The notes: a model not told the origin generated them from the sequence alone. A stretch of DNA of 64,000 nucleotides from Octopus sinensis (GCF_006345805.1 NC_043002.1:11036001-11100000), one strand, 5' to 3'. Shown: positions 36,681-49,638, counted from the stretch's first letter. Numbers and translations are program-made.

Positions 36681-37458
36681 AATGTTTTTGTTCTTCAGTA
36701 ATTCTCATCCTTCCCTCTCGTCTTTCTAAACTCTTTTCTTATTCCTGTATCTAGTGGAAGTGAACACTAGCAATGTCCTCCCACTTTTTAACGTTCCTAT
36801 ACAGAAACATCATTTTGCTCTCGCAGACAATTTTAACACTAAGCGTTGTACTGAGATATATATCAACAACCACTGAGGTATAGTAGCTGTCAGTCGCTTC
36901 TGATTTAATGTATATCTTACCCTACATCGCTGTAGACACCAACTGAATTCACAGATGTACACAGAAGCCTAAACACGGTCATCTAACCAGCGAGAACAAA
37001 ATAACTAAATATATCTCATTGGACAGTACGGGCTATATACTAAAACAATAGAACAGTCGTTATTAATCATAGATTTACTCGGTCTTCGCAGACATAGAGC
37101 AAAACAAACAACAGGAGAACAGAAATAGATTAAAGTTCAATCAACTGGTTGATTCAATGAACTAAACGGACTTAACAGCCGGCAATTTTACCGAACGACT
37201 TCTTGTTGCCATATATTGTGGATTTCATAAATTGAATAAAATTCGGTTGAAAATTTACCAGAATAAAATACACTATTTCGAGTGGAAGAATTCTATGATT
37301 AATTTTATTTTTAATCACAGCGCGAAATATGATTGCATCGAAGAAGCAATATTAGTCTTGAAATCGAAAACAGTTCCTCTTAATCAGAGATCTAAACAAA
37401 GAATGAAAATTGTTATCTTATTTTGCGTCAACGTCACTGCCATCCTATATTCCTATCT

Positions 37459-37803
37459 GTGTGGAGGCGCAAGGGATCGCGGTTTCGATTCCCAGACCGG
37501 GCGTTGTGAGTGTTTATTGAGCGAAAACACCTAAAGCTCCACGACGCTCCGGCAGGGGATGGTGGTGATCCCTGCTGTACTCTTTCACCACAACTTTCTC
37601 TCACTCTTACTTCCTGTTTCTGTTGTACCCGTATTTCAAGGGACCGGCCTTGTCACGCTGAATATCCCCGAGAACTACGTTAAGCGTGCACGTGTCTGTG
37701 GAGTGCTCAGCCACTTACACGTTAATTTCACGAGCAGGCTGTTCCGTTGATTCGGATCAACCGGAACCCTCATCGTCGTAACCGACGGAGTGCTTCCCAT
37801 CCC
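37459..37803 (+). mobile_element. SINE family C tail type 1 (head partly deleted)
   Basis: Matches 1065-1453; TSD ATATTCCTATCT. Confidence 0.9.
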
Positions 37804-37941
37804 ATATTCCTATCTAATATATTTCACACGCATGCGCACACAGACTCACACACACACACACACATAAGCTCACGTTTATGTATGAATGTATGTATGTATG
37901 AGCGCATGGATAGATGGGTTTATGTATATATATATATATAT

Positions 37942-38288
37942 TTCGGAACCCCCTTCGGTCACGAATGACCGTGGGATTGCACCTAGAAAGTTACCCTCCC
38001 AGGCACAAGCCCGGGCAAGGTTGTTTATAGAAGACTAGGAGTTGCCCATGTATACCGGCCTCCCATCTCTTTCTGCCACCGATGTTATCCAAGGGAAAGG
38101 CAAAGGCCGATACAGCTTCGCATCAGTGGCGCCGCAACTCATTTCTACAGGTGAGTGAACTGGAGCAACGTGAAATAAAAAAAATGTTTCTTGCTCAAGA
38201 ACACAACACGCAGCCCGGTCCAGGATTCGAGCTCACAACCTCACGGTCGGAAGATCGACGCTCTAACGACTGAGCCATGCGCCTTCAC
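37942..38288 (-). mobile_element. tRNA-derived SINE, family E
   Basis: Minus strand GTGAAGGCGCATGGCTCAGTCGTTAGAGC..GCTCGAATCC (A/B boxes), central TCTTGAGCAAG block, 3' hairpin CGGTCATTCGTGACCG. Confidence 0.8.
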
Positions 38289-38339
38289 ATGTATATATGT
38301 GAAGGCGCATGCGCATTGTTTGTTTTTGATTTTGTCAGA

Positions 38340-39202
38340 TACACAGTATAGTAGGGCCAGTTGGGCACCCTCTGGAAGGATAAAGGCACCATGACGCAAT
38401 TCGCTCTTCCAGAAATTTGAAAACGACATGCTGCGTTGCTTGGCATTCGATCCGGAATCTCCAGTACGAACAGATGATGAACACACAGAACAACCGTTGG
38501 CTTGCCGTGTCCCCAAAACCATGTACCGGGAGTGCTAAAAATAGAACATCCAATTAACATCATGGTGTTTGGAGTAATCACTAGTGTTGGCGACTTTATG
38601 CCTCCATTCATCTTCCCACACGGCCTCAGACTCAACACGGAGGCCTACATCAAATGCCTGGAAGAGGTAGTACAGCCCTGGGTCAAAAGTGTAGCTGCTG
38701 CAAGACCCTATGTCTACCAGTAGGACTCTGCGCCATGCCACACAATCAGAAGAACCCAGTCTTGGCTGTTAGCCAATTTCTGCGACCACATTACCCCTAA
38801 CATCTGGCCACCTAACTCCCCAGACTGCAACCCCCTTGATTATTATGTGTGGGGCGCAGTTGAGCAAGAGACAAACAAAACTACTTGTAACGCCAAAGAT
38901 GCACTGAAGGCAAAGATTTGGCAGCATTTACAAACTTAAACAAGGAGACCGTCCAGAAGAGTTGCAGGAGATTCCGAAGTCGTCTGAAGGTCGTGGTTGG
39001 AACTACTGGCGATTTTATTGAATAAATTTACTCTATAGGCGCAGGAGTGGCTGTGTGGTAAGTAGCTTGCTAACCAACCACATGGTTCTGGGTTCAGTCC
39101 CACTGCGTGGCATCTTGGGCAAGTGTCTTCTGCTATAGCCCCGGGCCGACCAATGCCTTGTGAGTGGATTTGGTAGACTGAAACTGAAAGAAGCATGTCG
39201 TA

Positions 39203-39256
<54 letters not shown>

Positions 39257-39862
39257 TGTGTGTGTGTGTGTGTCTGTGTTTGTCCCCCTAGCATTGCTTG
39301 ACAACCGATGCTGGTGTGCTTACGTCTCCGTCACTTAGCGATTCGGCAAAAGAGACCGATATGGGTGCACGTGTCTGTGGAGTGCTCAGCCACTTACACG
39401 TTAATTTCACGAGCAGGCTGTTCCGTTGATTTGGATCAACCGGAACCCTCATCATCGTAACCGACGGAGTGCTTCCCATACCATATTCCTATCTAATATA
39501 TTTCACACGCATGCGCACACAGACACACACTCACACACACGTAAGCTCACGTTTATGTATGAATGTATGTATGATAGATGGGTTTATGTATATATATATA
39601 TATATTTCGCAAACCCCCTTCGGTCACGAATGACCGTGGGATTGCATCTAGAAAGTTACCCTCCCAGGCACAAGAATAAGTCCCGGGGTCGATTTGCTCG
39701 ACTAAAGGCGGTGCTCCAGCATGGCCGCAGTCAAATGACTGAAACAAGTAAAAGAGTAAAAGAGTATATTTCAATATTTTAAAGTAATTTTGGTAAATAT
39801 CATCTTTTAAAATGAGATACCATTTATGTGTAATTTAGACGCGATATATTCACCGGAGCCTG
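38340..39862 (+). mobile_element. maT (DD37D) transposase relic
   Basis: NTQNNRW..IMVFGVITSVG..LNTEAYI..DSAPCH..WPPNSPDCNPLDYYVWG, with 37 residues between the second and third Asp. In-frame stop at 38721. A SINE-B sits in the 3' end. Confidence 0.9.
39037..39764 (+). mobile_element. SINE-B containing a local duplication (39365-39674 copies 37686-38009)
   Basis: B head and tail are intact; the inserted segment matches upstream sequence. Confidence 0.9.
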
Positions 39863-39879
39863 TTAATACATATGTGAGT

Positions 39880-40281
39880 ATGTATGCATGTATATATGCT
39901 GCGTGCGTGCGTGTATGTATGTATGTATGTATGTATGTATGTATGTATGTATGTATGTATGTATGTATCTATGTATGTATGTATGTATGTATGTATGTAT
40001 GTTTGTATGTATGTATGTATCTATGTATGTATGTATGTATGTATGTTTGTATGTATGTATGTATGTATACATATATGTATGTATGTATGTATATATGTAT
40101 GTTTGTATGTATGTATGTATATATGTATGTTTGTATGTATGTATGTATGTATATATGTATGTATGTATGTATGTATACATATATGTATGTATGTATACAT
40201 ATATGTATGTATGTATGTATACATATATGTATGTATGTATGAATGTATGTATGTATGTATGTATGTATGTATGTATGTATG

Positions 40282-40311
<30 letters not shown>
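39880..40311. repeat. (TATG)n microsatellite
   Basis: Direct reading. Confidence 0.98.
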
Positions 40312-40312
<1 letters not shown>

Positions 40313-40806
40313 GCAGTCTCAGTACGTCTTTTCCTTTAAAATCGATTCGTTATAAATGTTGACGAGAAAATAATATAAAACCAAAAGAGCGTAGCATAAA
40401 TAAACATATATATATAAACAAAAAAAATGATGACTCCTAGTCATTCTTCAACTTCTTCCATTTCTCGACACAAGATACAATCTTTCTTCTGCTGTCTGTT
40501 TCTTGGAGACGTAACTCTTTCAATTAACAGCAATACTTGAAATATTAAAGAGACAAAGTAATCTTGCGAACGAAATTTTATTTAAACAGATGCAAATTAA
40601 GAAACTTCTTAAAAGGAATCTCTTTTATCTTTTATACACTCAAAACTCTCGTAAAATACTCAAAAACATTATACCTTCTTCCATGTACTAAGCATACAAT
40701 GTTTCCATTTTTATTCTCCCCTTGCGGTCTACCTTTGTATTGCCCTAAAGAAAATCATGGTATTATATTAAAATTATAAGACATAAGTACAATATATATA
40801 TATATA

Positions 40807-40980
40807 TTCCTCTGTCTTCCCTTCTCGGGATCTTTCCTTCTCCTTTGTTTCCGACGAAGAGCTCCGCTCGAAACGTTAAACCCTCCTTCCCTTCTTTCCT
40901 GGGCGTCAAATAATACTTTAATTGTTCCACGTCCTCGCGTTGCTGCGTTTTTTTTCTGTGTTTTCTTGTTTGGATTAACT
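40807..40980 (+). mobile_element. Short hammerhead-motif element, family H2
   Basis: GTTT-CCGACGA-A-GAGC-TCC-GCTC-GAAACGTT-AAAC at 40847-40881. Matches 61452-61660. (TA)n flanks. Confidence 0.65.
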
Positions 40981-40993
40981 ATATATATATATA

Positions 40994-41226
40994 TTTCTTT
41001 ACTACCCACAAGGGGCTAAACATAGAGAGGACAAACAAAGACAGACAAACGGATTAAGTCGATTACATCGACACCAGTGCGTAACTGGTACTTAATTTAT
41101 CGCCCCCGAAAGGATAAAAGGTAAAGTCGACCTCGGCGGATTATGAACTCAGAACATTAACGGCAGACGTAAATACGGCTACGCATTTCGCTCAGCGTGC
41201 TAACGTTTCTGCCAGCTCGCCGCCTC
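40994..41226 (-). mobile_element. SINE-A tail-1 monomer in (TA)n
   Basis: Complete head, core and tail-1 between TA tracts. Confidence 0.9.
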
Positions 41227-41237
41227 TATATATATAT

Positions 41238-41410
41238 AGGCGTAGGAGTGGCCAAGTCGTAAGTAGATTGCTTACCAACCACATGGTTCCGGGTTCAGTC
41301 CCACTGCGTGACACCTTGGGCAAAGCCTTGTGAGTGGATTTTGTAGACGGAAACTGAAAGAAGCCCGTTGTATATATATATATATATATATGCGTTTGTG
41401 TGTGTGTGTG

Positions 41411-41450
<40 letters not shown>

Positions 41451-41655
41451 TGTGTCTGTGTTTGTCCCACCAACATCACTTGACAACCGATGCTGGTGTG
41501 TTTACGTCCCCGTAAGTTAGCGGCTCGGGAAAAGAGATCGATAGAATAAGTACTAGGCTTACAAAGAATAAGTCCTGGGGTCGATTTGCTCGACTAAAGG
41601 CGGTGCTCCAGCATGGCCACAGTCAAATGACTGAAACAAGTAAGAGAGTAAAAGA
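41238..41655 (+). mobile_element. SINE-B
   Basis: Matches the family consensus. Confidence 0.92.
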
Positions 41656-41679
41656 ATATATAATTGAAATTTATAATAA

Positions 41680-41910
41680 ATCGAAAGACGAAGACAGGTG
41701 TTCCCCCAACATTTACTTCCTCCTCAAAATATTGTTGAAATGTACAGAAAAACAAAACACGAAGACACGTGTAATAGTTTGACGAAGCAGGTGTAATAAT
41801 TTGACGCTGGGGAAGGTGAGAAAGTCTTTTACGTTTCAACAGGAAGGAACACGGGGAAATAAACAGAATAAAAAAAAACTTGTGAATTTAGCGGTCAATC
41901 ATGGCGAATA
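41680..41910 (-). mobile_element. H1 element with hammerhead stem II deleted
   Basis: Minus strand CTGTTGAAACGTAAAAGAC at 41824-41842; downstream CACCTGTCTTCGTCTT matches the 3.8-kb copy. Confidence 0.55.
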
Positions 41911-43109
41911 TATAAATATATATATATAAGTTCAGCAAAATTTAGATTCAGATGAATATGGTACTTAAGTTAAAGGCACCAGAATTCTGTATGGTATTAT
42001 CCATATAAATCAAATGGGGTGATTATAATCATAATAAGCAACAAGGATATCCAAGGTAGTGTAGTAGAATCGTTTCATGCTACTTCATTTTATTAAACAC
42101 TGTAAGTATTACATCAGTTTTAAAATGTCGAGCAATCTTCAGCCACATATAGAATTCTTTTAATTAAATGAACAATGTACATTTTTATACTTATTTCATT
42201 TGCCAACATTACAAAGAGGGTAGATATATAGACAGAGAGGTTAATTTCATCATTAAGAACATGGTAGTAGAATGTCCCTTCTCCATCTGTAGATTTTTTG
42301 TCACTGAGTTCACTTTGTTATTTAGATATATCAGTGGGGAGGGGGTTTCTTTTCTTGGTTCAATGGAGACAAACAAGAGTTTTTTTCTATTTATAGATAG
42401 AGGAAGGGGTAGTACTACCCCTTCCTCTATAAACAGAAAAAGACCGATAGAATAAGTACTAGGCTTACAAAGAATAAGTCCTGGGGGTCGATTTACTCGA
42501 CTAAAAGGCGGTGCTCCAGCATGGCCACAGTCAATTGAGTGAAACAAATAAAAGAGATAGAAATCACACCGATAAAAATTCAGTTAGAGAAAACCCTACC
42601 AATAGGAGCAACACAAATAATAATAAAAGAATGCATAAACGTAAGAACTGTAGATTACGTAACTATATATGGTATAACATACCATATAATGTAGCAGTTA
42701 CAGGAAAATTATGCAAGAAAATATTTTCAATCATAGCAAATAACTTTCCACCCACTCATAAATATAGTAGTATTGTATCCACTAAAACTATTTGAATCTC
42801 TTATTCGACTCTCCCCAACATGAACTGCCTCATAGCTAAGCATAATAAAACCAGAATTTAAAAAGCTAGATTAAGGGCAAACAATAATAATCACTCAAAC
42901 CCCAATATTCCAAGAACTAATAATGGTAGTAACCAAATTAATAACAATAACCAAGTTATTATTCCTACAACTATGGTGTCTAACCACCGGGTTAACGACT
43001 TAGAGATAACTGATAGTAGTTCCCTAAATAATGACTTTAGTATTGATAACAGCAGTAGCTATACTAATAATAGTAACAGTAACTATAATAATAATAATAA
43101 TAATAATAA

Positions 43110-43445
43110 TACAAAAGATGTGGAATCTTAAAACAAAAACTGTTCCTGTTATTGTAGGTGCCCTAGGTATGATAAAAAAAGGGATGTCAGAAACACCTAG
43201 ACAATATCCCTGGAGAACCGTGTCTCAAGGAAATCCAAAAGATTGTGCTAACAAGTACTGCCCACATCCTTAGAAAAACCCTATCAATGTAAATGTTTGT
43301 GTTGTATTACATGGAGATATTTCTCTACTTCCCCTCCCCAAGCTTTCAGCTATATTTCAACAACTCTTAACCTTCACTTGCCCTAGGGCGCTGGGTGTGC
43401 CCCGGCAAGTGATTGCATCAAACATGCAGATTAAAAGTAAATGAC
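43110..43445 (+). mobile_element. R4/Dong 3' fragment, same subfamily as the 12.3-16.8 kb copy
   Basis: IQKMWNLKTKTVPVIVGALGMIKKG; 3' UTR matches 12283-12430; (TAA)n on both sides. Confidence 0.88.
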
Positions 43446-43469
43446 AATAATAATAATGATAATAATAAT

Positions 43470-43882
43470 TGTTTGACCTTAACCAGTTGAGCATGTCCCT
43501 TAGTGGCTGACGATATGTGCATCTCTGATCACAAGCAGAAGTAGTGGGGGAGCATCATAGCCATGTGTTGAGAGGGATTCTTTGGGGTTTGAATAGTTCG
43601 CCTCTGGAAACATGGGTGGTTCTTTCAACATCCTTAAACAACCCTTATTCAGAGACCGTTTGAGCGGGATGGGCTACTCAACCTGAAGAAAATTCTAACT
43701 GGGCCCCACCTCCAAGGTCATGTGCTGTTTATCTTGATATGAGGATCACCATGTCACGCACATATGGTTGTGATGCATGTGCCTGGTGTACCCTTATCAG
43801 ACGGGTAGTCATGATGGGTATATTGGGCTTCGTATATTTTACCCCAGTGTCGCCTTGATGGCATGAACTGCTCTCTCACTCA
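43470..43882 (+). mobile_element. 5'-truncated element D
   Basis: Reverse complement of 11660-12070; TAA-type tracts on both sides. Confidence 0.88.
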
Positions 43883-44332
43883 ATGATAATAATAATAATA
43901 ATAATGATGATGATGATAATAATAATAATAACACAAACAGTAATTACTATAGTAATAATCATGATAGTAATAACAATGTTGAGAATGGTAGTAACAGCAC
44001 TAATTATAATGATAGCAATAATATTAGGCCCAATAACACTACTCCTATATCGAATCACAGTGTAACGGATGAACCGATAAACCCAGACCCAACACGGATT
44101 AGTGGCACACCATATGATACTGCCGCGTTAAATGAAGCTACTACTACTAATAATAATAGAATAACTCAGTCCACCTCAAACAATAATTGCGAAAATAATT
44201 ATACTAATCACAATACCAATAAGGAGAATATATTTTAGATTAAAAAAGAACTTTGTTTATCCTAATTTTGAATAATAAAAGAAGTATTTGTAAAAAACGC
44301 ATTGTTTATGGGATGACCCAGTATATATATAT

Positions 44333-44636
44333 ATCACGTGATTACGTGACCGACCAGACCATCAGATATTTTACACATCGCTGGTCACAATGCGTTCGCA
44401 CAGTTTTAGCCTTCAAATGACGCCACCCCTCTGGCTAAGCGAGCAGGCCAACAGAAGAAAGAGAGAAAGAGTGGTGAAAGAGTACAGCAGGGATCACCAC
44501 CCCCTGCCGGAGCTTCGTGGAGCTTTTAGGTGTTTTTCGCTCAATAAACACTCACAACGCCCGGTCTGGGAATCGAAACCGCGATCCTATGACCGCGAGT
44601 CCGCTGCCCTAACCACTGGGCCATTGCGCCTCCACA
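44333..44636 (-). mobile_element. SINE with family-C head and a third tail type
   Basis: Head matches 1065-1260; tail ends GGTCGGTCACGTAATCACGTGATA; in (TA)n. Confidence 0.88.
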
Positions 44637-44637
44637 C

Positions 44638-44692
<55 letters not shown>

Positions 44693-44696
44693 TATA

Positions 44697-44776
<80 letters not shown>

Positions 44777-44780
<4 letters not shown>

Positions 44781-44896
44781 CCTGCTCGCTTAGCCAGCGA
44801 GGTGGCGTCATTCGAAGGCTAAAACAATGCGAACGCATTATGACCAGCGATGTGTAACAACATCTGATGGTCTGGTCGGTCACGTGATCACGTGAT
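44777..44896 (+). mobile_element. Tail-only copy of the third C tail
   Basis: Inverted relative to 44333-44451; adjacent to (TA)n. Confidence 0.85.
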
Positions 44897-45170
44897 ATGT
44901 ATGTATGTATGAAAGAAGGTTTGAAAATGCAAATTTAAAGATGTTTATTCACTTGACCGGTTTCACTTTTTTAGAAAAAGATTGTCAAATGCTAAATGTA
45001 AAGCTTTGTATGAGTTTTGTTGCGTGAACTACTGGTTGTCACAAAAGTATTAAAATACATATATGCATTCTTTGATAATAATAAGAAAAACAGTTTAGAA
45101 GGAAATATTTGAGGAAATATTAAACAAAAAGTATTACGAGTTCAATAAAAAAAATCATGTTTGTTTGGTA

Positions 45171-45210
<40 letters not shown>

Positions 45211-45447
45211 TAATATATAATCGTGAATTTCATTACAAACAACATGGACCAAATTTCTTCTAAAGAAAAAAATATATATTCATATAAATTAAACATTACA
45301 TCATGAATAGCGATTGCGAAACCGGTCGATACATTAAAAATTATATTATAACCATGTAAGTGTGCGTATTTTCCTTTTTAATTTCTTATATAAATTACAA
45401 TCCCCCACGTGGGGACAACCGAAATTCCTCTTTTCTGTTACTACTAC

Positions 45448-45514
<67 letters not shown>

Positions 45515-45837
45515 AGAGATATATTTAGGAGTTTACAAAGAATTTGAGATGAACCAAGTAGTTCATTAAGTAGTACTCAGAGGCATCAGTTACTTAATAT
45601 CCAACCCTTCCATCGAGCTGAAGTAATCCAGATGTAGAAAGGTTGGCGAGAAGAACAAACGAAGAAGTATGACAGACGAACAATAACAGGTGAAGAACCT
45701 ATATATATAATAAATTCCAAATAATATTTACATGATGCAAGCAGGTTTTATCTTTACAGCTGTTTCGAATTATCCGTGAATAGTTGATATAACAATGCAA
45801 AGAGGTGCAATACTAAGGCAATATTGCTCAAAAACAC

Positions 45838-46420
45838 AAGGCGGCGAGCTGGCAGAATCGTTAGCACGCCGGGCGAAATGCGTAGCCGTATTTCGTCTGT
45901 CTTTACGTTCTGAGTTCAAATTCCGCCGAGGTCTACTTTGCCTTTCATCCTTTCAGGGTCGATAAATTAAGTACCAGTTACGCACTGGGGTCGATGTAAT
46001 CGACTTAATCCGTTTGTCTGTCCTTGTTTGTCTTCTCTGCGTTTAGCCCCTTGTGGGTAATAAAAAAATATGTATCTCGTCTGTCTTTACGTTCTGAGTT
46101 CAAATTCCACCGAGGTCTACTTTGCCTTTAATCTTTCGGGGTCGATTAATTGATTATTTAAGTACCTTTTGTGATTAATTTAAGCACCATTTGTGTACTG
46201 GAGTCGATCTAATCAACTAGTCCCCTCCCCAAAAAATTTGGGCCTTTAGCACGCCTGGTAAAATGCTTAGCTATGTCCTGAGTTCAAATTCTGCCAAAGT
46301 TTACTTTGTCTTTCATCCTTTCGGAATTGATAAATTAAATACCAGTTGCATACTGGGTCGATCTAATCGATTGGTCGTCTCCCCAAAAATTTTGGTCCTT
46401 GTGCCTAGAGTAGAAAAGAA
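45838..46420 (+). mobile_element. SINE-A array
   Basis: Three units. Confidence 0.88.
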
Positions 46421-46544
46421 CATTACTCATTAAGACAAATGCCAGAATAGAAGCAACGAGCAGGAATTTTGGTGGCTGAGCATCTCCGTGCGAGAGAATC
46501 AAATTTCCTCGGGAGACGAATGAAGAATAATATTGGATTCAAAT

Positions 46545-47602
46545 TTTGGCACAAGGACAGCAATTCCGGGGAAGGGGTTCAGTCGATTACATCGACTCCA
46601 GTCCTTAGCTGGCATTTATTTCATATATTTCTTTGTTGCCCAAGCAAGGACAGACAAAGAGATTAAGTCGATTACATCTACCCCAGTGCGTAACTGGTTC
46701 TTACTTAATCGATCCCGAAAAGATGAAAGGCTAAGTAGACCTCGGCGGTATTTGAACTCAGAACGTAGCGGCAGACGAAATACCGCTAGGTATTTCGCCC
46801 AGCATGCTAACGGTTCTGCTAGCTCGCCGACTTAGTATGGCATTTATTTTATCGACTCCAAATGGATGAAATGTAAAGTTGACCTCGGTAGATTTTGAAC
46901 TCAGAACATAAAGAAGAATAAAATTCCGCTAAGCATTTTGCGCCACATGCTAACGGTTCTGCCAGCTCGCCGCCTTACGAAGGGTGAATGATATTCTTTT
47001 CTACTCTAGGCACAAAGCCCGAAAATGTTTGGGGAGCGGGGGCCAGTCGATTAGATCCACCCCAGTACACAACTGGTAATTAATTTATCGACCCCGAAAG
47101 GGTGAAAGGCGAAGTCGACCTCGGCGGAATTTGAACTCAGAACGTAGCGGCAGACGAAATACCGCTAAGCATTTCGCCAACCGTGGTAACGTTTCTTATT
47201 TCTTTACTGCCCACAAGGGGCTACATACAGACGGGACAAACAAGGACAGACAAACGGATTAAGTTGATTATATCGACCTCAGTGCGTAACTGATACTTAT
47301 TTAATCGACCCCAAGAGGATGAAAGGCAAAGTCGACCTCGGCGGAATTTGAACTCAGAACGTAGTGGCAGACGAAATAATTATTTCGTTACTACCCACAA
47401 GGGGCTAAACACAGAGAGGACAAACAAGGACAGACAAACGGATTAAGTCGATTATATCGACCCCAGTACTTATTTAATCGACCCCGAAAGGATGAAAGGC
47501 AAAGTCGACCTCGGCAGAATTTGAACTCAGAACGTAGCAGCAGACGAAATACCGCTAAGCATTTCGCCCGACGTGCTAACGTTTCTGCCAGCTCGCCGCG
47601 TT
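46545..47602 (-). mobile_element. Nested and tandem SINE-A copies
   Basis: At least five reverse-complement A cores. Confidence 0.88.
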
Positions 47603-48112
47603 GAAGGGTAAATAATAATAATATTGCTTGAGCTTTCTATCTTACTCCTCCAACAAAGCTGAAACGAAAATGTTAACGTGAGATTAAGAAAGGAGAAATG
47701 AAGAACATAAATTTCCTTAACACTTCTCTAGTAATATCAAGATATATTGTTGTTTAGCAAGCAGTCGTTGTTTTCCTTTGGTTCCGGGTCATTCTAACAC
47801 ATATTGTATAAATTACGTGCCTCAATTTGTAGAAAAGTTTTCTTAGTGAACAAAAACTAATTTGGCATCAGTCTTCAGATAACAAACACCTCACACGGAT
47901 ACAACATGTATTTTCTTTCTTCCGGCATCTCAGTTCCGAACAATTTACCGGTGTTGCTATACCACATGTATGTACCTAAAAGTGTCTTTTCAGAAAATAA
48001 TTATCCATGAGAGAAATTCCAGTAAAAGTACGAAAACTTTTCTGGCCCAAGGCCATCACAACTTACAAAAAATTATCATATCTCACATTTCAAGGACTAA
48101 TTAGTAGCATCA

Positions 48113-48114
48113 AC

Positions 48115-48183
<69 letters not shown>
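48113..48183. repeat. (AGT)n microsatellite
   Basis: Direct reading. Confidence 0.98.
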
Positions 48184-48186
<3 letters not shown>

Positions 48187-48776
48187 TGGTGTTGTTGTTG
48201 CTGCTGTTGTTGAAGTTACTCCCAGGTTGATTAAACCATTAATTATTTAGGGGTTAATAAAATATTTACAAATGAAATAGGGTAGATTTAATCGACCATC
48301 GACCAAACCTCCTCGATGGTTTTGGCATTGTACCTATGTTTAGAAATCCTAATTGCTAATATTGACAAGTCGGTGAACCGGCAAAATTGCTGGCGCGTCG
48401 AAAAAAAACAGAAAAACCGTGTGTTGAGGTATTTGCTTTTTCAGTTCTTTGATTTCGAAGTTCAAATCCAGCTGAAGTCATCTTCATCTTTCATCCTACC
48501 GGTAGCGATGAAACGAAACTCTACTCAAGGACTAACATCGATAACGATAATTAATCCCCTGTCCCATCTCAAAATTACTGCCTTTTACCTAAATTAAAAA
48601 CCCTTATTATTAATCCAACGTGGTTGCACCCCCTACATCATCTATCATATTGGGACATTTCGTTTCATACATTTCTCTACTTATATTTCTATTGCCACTA
48701 TTTTTACTGATTCCGGTAAAACCAACGCCCAACACCGTTTTTTTCTTAATATGTTCTATTATTATTATTATTATTA

Positions 48777-48835
<59 letters not shown>

Positions 48836-49391
48836 GAGTGAGAGAGCAGTGCATGCCATCAAAGTGACACTGGGGTAAAATATACGAAGCCCAGTATACC
48901 CATCACGACTACCCGTCTGATAAGGGTACACTAGGCACATGCATCACAACCATATGTAGACGACACGCTGATCTTATATCAAGATAAACAGCACATGACC
49001 TTGCAGGTGGGGCTCAGTTAGAATTTTCTTCTGATTGAGTAACCCATCCTACTCAAAAGGTTCCTGAATAAGGGTTCTTTAAGGATGTTGAACGAAACAC
49101 TCATGTTTCCAGAGGTGAATTATTCAAATCCCCAAAGAATCCCTCTTAACAGATGGCTATGATGCTCCCCAACCACTTCTGCTCATGATCAGAGATGCAC
49201 ATATCGTCAGACACTAAGGGACATGCTCAACTGGTTAAGGTCAAACAAATGACAAGCAAATATGTGGTATTGAGCAGAATATTTGCTGTAGCCCATCTTT
49301 TATACCAAGACAAAACAATGTACATGATAATACTTCCAATCAGTTAAGATCAGAAGCCATGAGAGCCACTGTCTGGTACTGCATCAGGGCT
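48836..49391 (-). mobile_element. Full-length element D
   Basis: Matches 11660-12213; long (TAA)n flanks. Confidence 0.9.
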
Positions 49392-49413
49392 ATAATAATA
49401 ATAATAATAATTA

Positions 49414-49454
<41 letters not shown>

Positions 49455-49588
49455 TATTATTATTATCATTATTATTATTATAATTATTATTATTATATTA
49501 TTATTATTATTATTATTATTATAGACTTGCACAGTGGTGTAATTAACGTCTTTCACTATTGAATTGTATAATAGAGGTTTTTCTCTTA

Positions 49589-49638
<50 letters not shown>

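Larger units (their letters stand above)
41920..44320 (+). mobile_element. Penelope-like (Neptune-type) element relic with inverted 5' segment and nested insertions
   Basis: 42630-42850 reads RNYIWYNIPYNVAVTGKLCKKIFSIIANNFPPTHKYSSIVSTKTI*ISYSTLPNM, resembling the PLE RT C-terminal linker. Inverted hammerhead-like CTGAAGA..GAAAC at 42069-42142. Boundaries approximate. Confidence 0.65.

Noticed and set aside
39826-40355. MYVC-repeat ORFs (also at 2147 and 63427)
   Set aside because: Translations of (TATG)n microsatellites.
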